From assembly GCA_934085825.1 (NCBI GenBank), contig CAKOHR010000002.1, positions 113,682-177,681 on the forward strand: DNA of 64,000 nucleotides. The letters run 5' to 3'. Each line of letters opens with the position of its first letter. The first letter of the stretch is position 1. Under the pieces are notes generated by a model. It was not told the DNA's origin. It did no database searches and saw nothing but the letters and a program-made list of their open reading frames with translations. A program made the translations under genes and the position numbers. Positions 16,447-25,795 of the stretch are shown here, in pieces. The stretch comes from an uncultured Bacilli bacterium (lineage in GTDB: Bacteria > Bacillota_I > Bacilli_A > RF39 > UBA660).

Positions 16447-19400
16447 TTAATTTTTAGAAATAGCAATTAGCACTCTATTTTCATCTACAAAAAATTCTTC
16501 ATTTGCATTTTCATTATATTCTAACTTAGTTGCAAGAGTTTCTTTCTTAATATAATCACTAAAGTCTTCAATTGCATTTTTGACAGTATCACCTGCATTA
16601 TAACTAATACTTATTCTATCAGTAAGTTCATAGTTATTATTTTTTCTCATTTGTTGTACTTTTGATACTATTTCACGAGCGATACCTTCATTTACGAGTT
16701 CTGGTGTAAGAGTGGCATTTAAAATAACAAAGTTATTATTTTCCATTCCTACATCAAAACCTACTTTGGCATCTATTCTTATATCAACCATATCACTATA
16801 AATATCAGTATCATTACCAGCGATATTCATCTTTATACTTTCATTATTTTGAAGTTTCTTAATATCAGTTAAACTTAAATCTAGTAATTTTTCTTGGAAT
16901 TCTTTAAGATTTTTGCCAAATACTTTACCTACCACTCTAAAGTTTGGTTTAACAGTGAAGTTCATATAAAGTGATGTATCTTGAATATATGTAACTTTCT
17001 TAACATTTAATTCTTCTTTGATTAGTTCAGTAAGTTCTCCTATTATCATACTATTCTTACCATCAATTAGAATTTCACTTAAAGGTTGACGTACTCTTAG
17101 TTTTTGTTCTTCACGAATATTTCTACCAATACTTATAAGTTCACGAACTAAATCCATTTTTTCTTCAAGTAAATCTTCTAACTTACTTTCATCATATTTT
17201 GGAAAATCAGCTAAATGAACAGATTTTTCTCCAGTTAAATTAGTATACATTTCTTCAGAAAGATATGGAACTATCGGAGCCATCATCTTAGATAAGCCAA
17301 CTAAAACTTCATAAGTTGTAATGTAAACAGACTTTTTACTATTATCTAAGTTACTTGCCCAGAATCTATTTCGGTTTCTTCTTATGTACCAGTTAGATAA
17401 ATCATCAGATACAAAGTCAGTTAACGATCTTACAACTTTATTTAAATCATATTCATCATAAGATTCAGTAACATATTTTAATAATCTATTGTATTTACTT
17501 ATTAACCATCTATCAATATCTTCTCTTTCTTCTAAAGGTATATTACACGCATTTATATCAATATCATCAATATTAGCATACATTGAGAAGAAGTTATAAG
17601 TATTTTTAAGGGGATTAAAGAATTTAGAATGAACTTCTTTTAAACCATTTATATCAAATTTAAGTGGTACCCAGACAGGTGAAACATATGGAAGATAAAA
17701 TCTAACAGTATCTGCACCATATTCCTTCATCGTAGTAAATGGTTCAACAATATTACCCATTGTTTTACTCATTTTTTTACCATTTGCATCTAAAAGTAAA
17801 TCATTAACTAAAACATTTTTATATGGACTTACACCTTTTACAAATGTAGAAATAACTAAAAGTGTATAGAACCATCCACGTGTTTGGTCAATTCCTTCAC
17901 AAATGAAATCTGCTGGAAATTGTGTTTCAAATAAATCATTATTTTCAAATGGATAATGATATTGAGCAAATGGCATAGATCCTGAGTCAAACCAACAATC
18001 TATTACATCTTTACATCTAGTCATAGCTTTACCACATTCAGGGCATTTAAGATGAACTTCGTCAATATATGGTCTATGTAGTTCAATTGATTCATCAATA
18101 TTTTCAATTGCTTTTTCAACAAGTTCCTTGCGTGAACCAATCATTTCTGTGTGTCCACATGAACAAATCCAATAAGGAAGTGGTGTTCCCCAGTATCTAG
18201 AACGAGATATTGCCCAGTCATTTAAATTTTCTAACCAGTTACCAAATCTTTTTTCACCAACATATGATGGATACCAATTAACAGTTTTGTTATTAGCAAT
18301 TATTTTATCTTTAATCTTAGTTATTTCAAGATAATAGCTTGGTTTAGAATAATAAATAAGTGGTGTATGGCATCTCCAGCAATGAGGATAGTTGTGAACT
18401 ATTCTTTGTTTTTTAAATAATTTATCATTTTCTTTTAAATATTTGATTACTTCGCTATCAGCATCAAATACAAGCATGCCTTTCCATGGTCCTTCAGTAT
18501 ATTTACCATCTTCACCAACTGGATTTAAGTATGGTAAATTATATTTACGACCAACACTAGCATCATCCGCTCCGAATGCTGGTGCTAAGTGTACTACCCC
18601 AGTACCATCTTCAGCAGTTACATACTTATCACAACAAACAAAGAATCCTTTTTTGTTAACAGAAAGTTCTGGTATTAATTGTTCATATTCAGTATACTCT
18701 AAAGTACTTCCTTTAAAAGTATCAAGTATTTGTGCATCTTCACCTAAAACTTTAGAAATAAGTGATGTTGCTAAAATAAATTTAGTACCTTTACTTAAAA
18801 CTAAAGAATAGTCATAATCGGGGTTTACACATAAACCAACATTGGAAATTAATGTCCATGGTGTCGTTGTCCAAACTAAGAAGTAAACATCTTCACCCTT
18901 TTTTTTCATTGGTACAATTACAGTATCAACACTCATTTCTTCATATCCTTGAGCAACCTCATGCGATGCAAGACCAGTTCCACATCTTGGACAATAAGGA
19001 AGAATTTTTACTCCTTCATAAAATAATCCTTCTTCAAAAAACTTCTTTAATATCCACCATTCTGTTTCAATATAATTATTATCATATGTAACATATGGAT
19101 GTTTAATATCTATAAATTGTCCCATTTTTTCTGTTAAATCGGTAAATGTATCTTCGTTTTTCCAAACACTTTCACGACATTTTTGATTAAATTCTTTGAT
19201 ACCATATTTTTCAATATCTTTTTTACCAGTAAAGCCTAGTTCCTTTTCTACTTGTAGTTCAACTGGCAGCCCATGAGTATCCCAACCAACTTTACGAAGG
19301 ACTTTATACCCTTGCATAGTTTTATACTTGCAAATAGTATCTTTTAGAAATTTTGCTACCATATGATGAAGTCCCGGATGACCATTAGCTGTGGCAGGTC

Positions 19401-19539
19401 CATCATAGAAAACAAAATATGGGGCATCTTTCCTGTTTTCAATTGTTTCATTTAGGATATCTTCGCTTTTCCATTTTCCAAGTATTTTGCCTTCAACTTC
19501 AGAAACACTTTCTTTACTTAAACTTTTAAATCTTTCCAT
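16447..19539 (-). CDS. ileS: Isoleucyl-tRNA synthetase
   Basis: HMVAKF (HIGH-class motif) and KMSKT (KMSKS) motifs; editing domain; C-terminal zinc-binding region. True start is the internal ATG (MERFKSL) with a GGAGG Shine-Dalgarno sequence; the upstream 20 codons of the tabled ORF are T-box leader. Confidence 0.9.
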   Translation of the reverse strand: MERFKSLSKESVSEVEGKILGKWKSEDILNETIENRKDAPYFVFYDGPATANGHPGLHHMVAKFLKDTICKYKTMQGYKVLRKVGWDTHGLPVELQVEKELGFTGKKDIEKYGIKEFNQKCRESVWKNEDTFTDLTEKMGQFIDIKHPYVTYDNNYIETEWWILKKFFEEGLFYEGVKILPYCPRCGTGLASHEVAQGYEEMSVDTVIVPMKKKGEDVYFLVWTTTPWTLISNVGLCVNPDYDYSLVLSKGTKFILATSLISKVLGEDAQILDTFKGSTLEYTEYEQLIPELSVNKKGFFVCCDKYVTAEDGTGVVHLAPAFGADDASVGRKYNLPYLNPVGEDGKYTEGPWKGMLVFDADSEVIKYLKENDKLFKKQRIVHNYPHCWRCHTPLIYYSKPSYYLEITKIKDKIIANNKTVNWYPSYVGEKRFGNWLENLNDWAISRSRYWGTPLPYWICSCGHTEMIGSRKELVEKAIENIDESIELHRPYIDEVHLKCPECGKAMTRCKDVIDCWFDSGSMPFAQYHYPFENNDLFETQFPADFICEGIDQTRGWFYTLLVISTFVKGVSPYKNVLVNDLLLDANGKKMSKTMGNIVEPFTTMKEYGADTVRFYLPYVSPVWVPLKFDINGLKEVHSKFFNPLKNTYNFFSMYANIDDIDINACNIPLEEREDIDRWLISKYNRLLKYVTESYDEYDLNKVVRSLTDFVSDDLSNWYIRRNRNRFWASNLDNSKKSVYITTYEVLVGLSKMMAPIVPYLSEEMYTNLTGEKSVHLADFPKYDESKLEDLLEEKMDLVRELISIGRNIREEQKLRVRQPLSEILIDGKNSMIIGELTELIKEELNVKKVTYIQDTSLYMNFTVKPNFRVVGKVFGKNLKEFQEKLLDLSLTDIKKLQNNESIKMNIAGNDTDIYSDMVDIRIDAKVGFDVGMENNNFVILNATLTPELVNEGIAREIVSKVQQMRKNNNYELTDRISISYNAGDTVKNAIEDFSDYIKKETLATKLEYNENANEEFFVDENRVLIAISKN

Positions 19540-19885
19540 TTTCTTACCTCCAAAATAAAAAGGATAGCACCAAAAGGAGTCAATATATGACGGTACCATC
19601 CTTTAATTAACTTAATTATGATAACGGAATAACCCGATTAATCTCCGTAAGTGATCCATATTTAATTCTTTTATTAGCTTACACCAAATGCTAACTCTCT
19701 TTAAAAAGACTTTTAAATAACGTCTTACATCACTGATTACTTAATATAGTATACAATAATTTGTTTTTATATTCAAGTAAAATTAAAATAATGTTATTAA
19801 AAATGTATTTAGCAACAAGCATACCATTTTTTTGCGGAATAAATGTGTTTACTTGTTGCTTAATCATATATTATCATACTTGATT
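19540..19885 (-). promoter_or_regulatory. T-box leader (tRNA-sensing riboswitch) of ileS
   Basis: On the minus strand, the T-box sequence AAUUAAAGGAUGGUACCGUC (cf. AAUUAGGGUGGUACCGCG) lies immediately 5' of a terminator helix (AAAGGAUGGUACC / GGUGCUAUCCUUU) and a U-run. Promoter TTGCAA-17-TAATAT at ~19885-19911. Confidence 0.75.
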
Positions 19886-19907
19886 ATCAATTGCAAGTAT
19901 TTGTTGC

Positions 19908-21095
19908 TTATTTTTTGAAATATCTATAAGTTTTATGATTTTCTAGATTTACACCAGATGACTCAGCTAACTTTGAAACTGTTACAACACGGTAGCCATT
20001 AACATATAATAGTGGCAATAATTTGTCAATTGCTTCAACACTAGTTTGATGAATATCATGAAATAAAATAATGTTACCATCATTTACTTTTTCTAAAACA
20101 TAATTAGTTAAATATTCACTATTTCTATGACGCCAATCCATAGTATCAATATTCCAAAGAATGAACGAAGCATCTAATGAATCTTTTATTTTATTATTAA
20201 TTTCACCATATGGAGGACGAATTAAATGGAATGTATCACCAGTTATACTTTTTAACATTTCATTACTTTGGGCAAATTCTTCTTTGATGGTTTCTAACTT
20301 TTGTCTTTTAAAATTTTTATGGCTATATGAATGATAACCTATTTCCATCCCACTTTCATGAACTTTTAAAACAGTATCTTTATATATATCTATATTTTTT
20401 CCTAACATAAAAAATGTGGCAGTTGCTTTATTATTTTTTAAAATATCTACTAAAGCGCTTGTATATGGTCCGGGTCCATCATCAAATGTTATAGCAATTA
20501 TTTTTTTACTTCCATCTATTTTACTTCCATCTTCATTTTCATATGTTTTATCAAGTTTCACAGTGATATCTAGACAATCTTTTATTTCATTAAAGTTTAT
20601 ATGAAGTGATAATTCTTCATTAACCACAGGTTCTATTGCATAATCATAATAGTATATTATAAGTTCATTTTCTTTAATATAATAACTATTTGTTTTGTCA
20701 TGTAATTTTAATTTACTTGCTATAAAATTTGGATATTTTAAATATAAAAGATCTTTTACTTTCTCCCAAAAAGTGTCAACCATATCTGGTTTTAAAATAT
20801 TTTCTATGGAAACTTCCTCACCAGTTTTAAAATTAAATATTTTTGATATATATCTATCATCTTCCATGCTAACTACATTTGTAATTTTATTATCAAAATC
20901 TATTTCATCTACTAAATTATTTAAAGTACTTATGTATTTGCTTATTTTGGCATTTTTTATTTCTTTTGAATTACTTAATACCGGTAGGGAAAAAGAAAAA
21001 ATTTTAAATGAAGATGCTGTTACAAGCATAAAAATACTTATAACTATAGAAAATACTACACTTTTTTTGAGCTTTAATTTTCTTTGTTTCTTCAT
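19908..21095 (-). CDS. Membrane-anchored polysaccharide (peptidoglycan GlcNAc) deacetylase, NodB family
   Basis: N-terminal TM segment; NodB motifs ITFDDGPGP, HSYSH and LFHD. Confidence 0.8.
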   Translation of the reverse strand: MKKQRKLKLKKSVVFSIVISIFMLVTASSFKIFSFSLPVLSNSKEIKNAKISKYISTLNNLVDEIDFDNKITNVVSMEDDRYISKIFNFKTGEEVSIENILKPDMVDTFWEKVKDLLYLKYPNFIASKLKLHDKTNSYYIKENELIIYYYDYAIEPVVNEELSLHINFNEIKDCLDITVKLDKTYENEDGSKIDGSKKIIAITFDDGPGPYTSALVDILKNNKATATFFMLGKNIDIYKDTVLKVHESGMEIGYHSYSHKNFKRQKLETIKEEFAQSNEMLKSITGDTFHLIRPPYGEINNKIKDSLDASFILWNIDTMDWRHRNSEYLTNYVLEKVNDGNIILFHDIHQTSVEAIDKLLPLLYVNGYRVVTVSKLAESSGVNLENHKTYRYFKK

Positions 21096-21109
21096 TTAAA
21101 ACATCCTTT

Positions 21110-22492
21110 TTATATATTTTTAATATTCTTTTTATTAAATACTACAAATGATGTTATAACCATTATTAAGAAATATACTATACATACAATAATTGCATGA
21201 GTTAAACTTGTGCCATAAGGACTTGTTCCTCCAAATAAATAAACGTTAAAATCCCAGTTAGTTGTTACAAAATATTTAAGTATTTCTATTTTGTACATTG
21301 TTGCAAACATGTTTATAATTGAAGAGCCAATTACACCAGCAAAAGTTATTACTATTGCAAGAGCAGTATTACCAATAATTGTTGATGCAGCAAATGCTAA
21401 TGTTATAAGTAATAATATTTGTGGTAAATTAGCAATTGAATATATAAGTACATATTTAAATAAACTCATTTCTTCTAAACTTTTGGCTTTTAAATTATAC
21501 TCAACAACATGATTGCTTAAAGAATCAAAACCTAGGAATAAACCACCTATTACAATTTGCATTAAATACGCAATTATAATAAATAATATTGTAAGTAATA
21601 TAACCGTTATAAATTTAGAAAGTAAAATTGTACTTCTTTTATATGGAGTTGTAAGAAGTGATTTAATTGTCCCTTTATTATATTCTTCACTTACTATAGC
21701 ACCAGATATCATAACACCAAATACAAGGATTAGAAAAATATATTCTCCATAAAAATTAGTCAATATAAATCTTAAATCTCCTGCATTATTAATATCCTCT
21801 TTATTTTCTAAAATATACCTAGATTTATAATAATTTTTAACCGTTTCTTCTAGATCTGTTTTAGTTTCTTTGTTTGTGGTAGTTTCATAATTTTTAACAG
21901 ATGATGCACTATGGGTGATATCCTTGATTGCATTATTTAAATAGTCATTGCCATACTTTATATTTTCTTTTAGACGATATTCATCCATTTCAATTCCAAC
22001 ATTAGTTGCATAAATTTGAGTTTCTAATTCTCTTTTTTCTTTATCACTAGTGGCATTTTTTAAACTTTCTTCATAATTTTTTAATTCTTCTTTTAAATTA
22101 TCTAGATTGATATTTACAAAATATTTCCAATTGTCACTTTCTAATGCTTCTTTAACAGTTTTGTATTCTTTTTCAATATTTGAATCCAAATAGTCATTAT
22201 CTTTAGCAGAATAATAATTACTTACTACTCCATACGCATCATCCATGACATAGTATTGCCATGTTTTATTATTATATTTTTGACTTAATTCATTCATTTC
22301 TTTATTTATTTTATTTTCAGTAGCATTTCCCGTATCTAAGTCATAATATGTACTTGCTTCAGTATAATAAGTTTCTTCATGACTTATTAAATATGATACT
22401 AAGGTAATAAATAAAGCAGTTATAATCAATACAACATATGTACCTTTTTTATGTAATATTTTATATATTTCATTTTTTATTAAATTAATCAT
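21110..22492 (-). CDS. ABC-2 type transporter permease with a large extracytoplasmic loop
   Basis: 460 aa; TM1, then ~200-aa polar loop, then 5 TM segments; 8-nt overlap with the upstream ATPase. Confidence 0.6.
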   Translation of the reverse strand: MINLIKNEIYKILHKKGTYVVLIITALFITLVSYLISHEETYYTEASTYYDLDTGNATENKINKEMNELSQKYNNKTWQYYVMDDAYGVVSNYYSAKDNDYLDSNIEKEYKTVKEALESDNWKYFVNINLDNLKEELKNYEESLKNATSDKEKRELETQIYATNVGIEMDEYRLKENIKYGNDYLNNAIKDITHSASSVKNYETTTNKETKTDLEETVKNYYKSRYILENKEDINNAGDLRFILTNFYGEYIFLILVFGVMISGAIVSEEYNKGTIKSLLTTPYKRSTILLSKFITVILLTILFIIIAYLMQIVIGGLFLGFDSLSNHVVEYNLKAKSLEEMSLFKYVLIYSIANLPQILLLITLAFAASTIIGNTALAIVITFAGVIGSSIINMFATMYKIEILKYFVTTNWDFNVYLFGGTSPYGTSLTHAIIVCIVYFLIMVITSFVVFNKKNIKNI

Positions 22493-23378
22493 TATTTTTT
22501 TTACCTCCAGTCTTTTTTAAGAATGCTTCTTCTAAAGTTAATTCTTCCATCTTAACTTCATATATATCAATATTCTTCTTAACTAAAGTCTTTATTAATT
22601 TAGCTATTTCTTCTTTACTTCCATTATAAGCAAACTTTCTTTTCTTTACTTCATATATGCCTTCTATTTCAAGATTATCAGTATTACTTACTTTAAATAC
22701 ATATTTATTACCATTACTTTTAAATTCACTTACATTGCTAGTTTCTATAATTTTCCCATTATCAATTATTAAAACTTTATTACAGAAACTTTCTAGTTCT
22801 GCTAAGTTATGACTAGATATTAAAATTCCCATTCCATCACTTGCTAACTTCTTAAGTAGGTTTCTTAAATCTTTGATTCCTTCAGGATCAAGTCCGTTCG
22901 TTGGTTCATCAAGTATTAATATATTTGGCTTGTTGATTAAGGCTCTAGCTATGCCTAATCTTTGGCGCATACCTAAAGAATATTTACTTACTTTATCATT
23001 TATTCTTTTATCTAAGTCTACCAGTTTTACAATTTTTTTAATTTCTTCGTCTGTTACTTTCTTATATAGACTAGCCATCATTTTTAGATTTTGCCACCCA
23101 GTTAAGTACATATAGGTATCTGGATTTTCAACTATTGCCCCTACTTTTTCAATAGCTTTAACAAAATCTTTTTCAATATCATAGCCATTAATCATTACCT
23201 TTCCTTGATTCATTTTTTGAAGGCCTAAAATAAGCTTAATCGTGGTTGTTTTACCACTACCATTTGGCCCAATAAATGCTAAAATATCTCCCTCATCTAT
23301 TTCGAAGGAAACGTCTTTTAAAATTTGTTTTTTACCAAAACTCTTACACAAATTTTGACATTCTAATAATTTTTTCAT
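22485..23378 (-). CDS. ABC transporter ATP-binding protein
   Basis: Walker A GPNGSGKTT, signature LSLGMRQRL, Walker B ILILDEP. Start placed at MKKLLECQN (Shine-Dalgarno sequence present); the tabled ORF has an N-terminal extension. Confidence 0.85.
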   Translation of the reverse strand: MKKLLECQNLCKSFGKKQILKDVSFEIDEGDILAFIGPNGSGKTTTIKLILGLQKMNQGKVMINGYDIEKDFVKAIEKVGAIVENPDTYMYLTGWQNLKMMASLYKKVTDEEIKKIVKLVDLDKRINDKVSKYSLGMRQRLGIARALINKPNILILDEPTNGLDPEGIKDLRNLLKKLASDGMGILISSHNLAELESFCNKVLIIDNGKIIETSNVSEFKSNGNKYVFKVSNTDNLEIEGIYEVKKRKFAYNGSKEEIAKLIKTLVKKNIDIYEVKMEELTLEEAFLKKTGGKKNND

Positions 23379-23503
23379 AATATATTTTCCTTTCTCCCAT
23401 ATTATAGCACATAGAAAAATAGATGCATTATACTTTACATCTATTTTACATATATTTTTATTTATTCCGAGAAAATCATTTTTTTTCATTTTTTCGGAAT
23501 TGA

Positions 23504-24361
23504 TTATCTTTTAAAAGTTTTAAAATATACATCTTTTAGTCTATCACTTGAAACATGAGTATAAATACCCGTTGTACTTAGATTAGCATGACCTAAAAGC
23601 TCTTGAACAGTTCTAATATCGGCACCATTATTAAGTAGATGAGTAGCAAATGTATGTCTAAGTGTATGCGGAGTCACATGAGTTTTAATTGATATATGTT
23701 TCATAATATCTTTAATAATGTATTCAACTTCTTCAATAGTTAGCTTTTCTCCTTTTTTATTTGTAAATAGATATCCTTTTCTATCTTTGCCATGTAAATA
23801 CATTTCTAGATACTTACTTGCATAGTCACCAAAATATACAATTCTTTCTTTACTTCCTTTACCCATTACTTTAATAGTTTTATTTCTTAAATCTATATCA
23901 TTTATTTTTACATTTACCATTTCTCCTACTCTACAACCAGTTGAATAAAACATTTCAATTAACAATCTTTTTTCCAGACCATCTTCTGTAGATATATCAA
24001 TAGATTCAAGTATTTCTTCTATTTCATTATAGTTTAAATAATTAGGTAACTTTTTTTCTAATTTAGGATTTTTAACATTTAAAAATATATTACTTTTAAT
24101 AAGTCCATTTTCAAGTAAATAGTTATAAAAGGTTCGCAAAGCACTTATTCTTCTAGATATAGTAGTATTCTTTAAATTACATGTATCTAAATATTTCAAG
24201 TATCCTCTTACATGTATATTCTCTATATTTAAAAAGTCTATCTTACGTGAATTTACATACTTAAAAAAATCAGTTAAATCTAACTGATAATTTTTAATTG
24301 TATAATCTGAGTAATTAACTTCATCTTTTAAATAATGTAAGAATTTATCTATTTCTTTCAT
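23504..24361 (-). CDS. Tyrosine site-specific recombinase (XerC/XerD-like)
   Basis: C-terminal catalytic HTLRHTFATHLL...GHANLSTTGIYTHV (R..H..R..Y pattern); 285 aa; N-terminal SAM-like domain. Confidence 0.8.
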   Translation of the reverse strand: MKEIDKFLHYLKDEVNYSDYTIKNYQLDLTDFFKYVNSRKIDFLNIENIHVRGYLKYLDTCNLKNTTISRRISALRTFYNYLLENGLIKSNIFLNVKNPKLEKKLPNYLNYNEIEEILESIDISTEDGLEKRLLIEMFYSTGCRVGEMVNVKINDIDLRNKTIKVMGKGSKERIVYFGDYASKYLEMYLHGKDRKGYLFTNKKGEKLTIEEVEYIIKDIMKHISIKTHVTPHTLRHTFATHLLNNGADIRTVQELLGHANLSTTGIYTHVSSDRLKDVYFKTFKR

Positions 24362-24716
24362 CTTCGTTATCTCTTTCTAATAAAACGTTTTTCAAATTAT
24401 CAAATTTTTCTCTTAACTCTTGGAGTTTTCGTTGATCATATACCATATCACTACGACATTCAGTTATTTCTTGATAATGTACTCCTGGAGTTTTGATTCG
24501 TTCTTCACAGGCTTTGATATCTTGCATTAAATCTACTATTTCCTCATTTATATGCTTTAGTTCATTACCTAGAAGTATTGTAAATTCATGGTTTGTAATA
24601 GGATTCATAAGGGCTACTTCTTCATCGGTTAAATTTTCTGTTTCTTCCATGTGTTCTTTACGATATTCATCAATAAGTATTTTTTGATATTCTTTTGTTT
24701 TTTCATTTAAAGTCAT
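24345..24716 (-). CDS. Hypothetical coiled-coil protein (123 aa), translationally coupled to the recombinase
   Basis: 17-nt overlap with the xer-like start; highly charged; no recognised motif. Confidence 0.4.
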   Translation of the reverse strand: MTLNEKTKEYQKILIDEYRKEHMEETENLTDEEVALMNPITNHEFTILLGNELKHINEEIVDLMQDIKACEERIKTPGVHYQEITECRSDMVYDQRKLQELREKFDNLKNVLLERDNEDERNR

Positions 24717-24718
24717 AT

Positions 24719-25357
24719 TTATTCCGCCTTTTCTACACGTATATAACCCTTTAATTCTTTTTCTAAATTATTGTTTTGATTTTCACTTAAATTAACATAT
24801 GTAACTTTGGCATTCCATTTTTCAAGTTTTTCGCTTTCGGTTGTAAGAAGCCTATTTCTTGTTATATAAAATTTTCCAATAGAGGTTGTAATATCAAATC
24901 CTTTGATAGTGTTTCCTTGACCATCAACAACACTTACATAATTTAATCCTTCAACACTAGTTACTTCATTTCCATCATAATCTTTAACTTCTAATATTAG
25001 TTCTGGTTTTTTTTCACTAGTAGAATAAGTTAGTGTATTACTTTCAATATTTAAATATATGTTGTATTTGATACTGGAAATTTCACTACCTTCTTCACGT
25101 CTTAGATAAGCACTAGCAAATGTTTCAGAGGATAGATTTCCCATTTTATCTTTAAAATTGTTTACATCTGGATATATACCAATTGGATTTCCAGCATCGA
25201 ATAAAATATAATTAAGTGTTGCTGTACTAGTTTCTATTTTAGGTGAAAAACGAGCCACCCGAACCATAGTAAAGTATGCATATGTTGCACCAGTTACAAG
25301 CATTAAGAGTGAAAACACATATAATGCTGTAATAATATTTCTAAATTTTTTACTCAT
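24719..25357 (-). CDS. Secreted protein with a SipW-cognate (TasA/camelysin-class) signal peptide; short paralog
   Basis: N-terminal KK-TM-GATYAYF matches the G(G/A)T(F/Y/W)A(Y/A)F motif of TasA/CalY-class signal peptides. Paralogous to residues 1-210 of the adjacent 524-aa protein. Confidence 0.5.
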   Translation of the reverse strand: MSKKFRNIITALYVFSLLMLVTGATYAYFTMVRVARFSPKIETSTATLNYILFDAGNPIGIYPDVNNFKDKMGNLSSETFASAYLRREEGSEISSIKYNIYLNIESNTLTYSTSEKKPELILEVKDYDGNEVTSVEGLNYVSVVDGQGNTIKGFDITTSIGKFYITRNRLLTTESEKLEKWNAKVTYVNLSENQNNNLEKELKGYIRVEKAE

Positions 25358-25394
25358 TTAATCACCTTTTCTATTTTTTTATAGTAAAAATTGT

Positions 25395-25795
25395 TTCTTT
25401 AACGTAGCATCTACGCATAATGTTCAAAACTTTGTCACTAACTTTTGCTATCGCCACTGCCTCGCCTGCCAACAGTGCAGACGCGGCAGCCTTTTGTTTC
25501 TCTCAAAGCCTACCTCTTCCTTCTCACTCCAGCTGAACTTTGCGCGGCCTGCCCAGCACGCGGACGCGCTGGACAGGCATGACCTAAAGCACTAGTTTAT
25601 TACCATCGGGTCGTCGGCGCTGCCACTCCCCGATACATAAGTTATGGAAGACTCAAGATTGAAGGACGGCCTCACGCCACCACTGCCGTTATCCACATAG
25701 CTGCGGTCCACGAAACCATCGCTGTTCAAAAGGAACGCACTGCGCGGAATGTCCGCATAACGGGAAATAGTCCATTCCCATAAGCCCATAAACAT
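25395..25795. other. ~400-bp GC-rich island (~55% GC vs ~28% background) spanning the last ~65 codons of the 524-aa gene and 210 bp downstream
   Basis: Direct base composition (e.g. 25441-25500 is 34/60 G+C). Codons switch to GGC/GTG/CCG/GCC. An 11-bp GC hairpin (gcctgcccagc / gctggacaggc) sits 3' of the stop with no U-tract. Confidence 0.8.

Noticed and set aside
25395-25795. Tested whether the GC-rich island is an rRNA/tRNA fragment, a riboswitch, or a second tRNA.
   Set aside because: There is no cloverleaf and no conserved rRNA or RNase P-like blocks. Part of it is plainly in-frame protein-coding (the GVRPSFNL C-terminus). It is retained as a compositional anomaly only.
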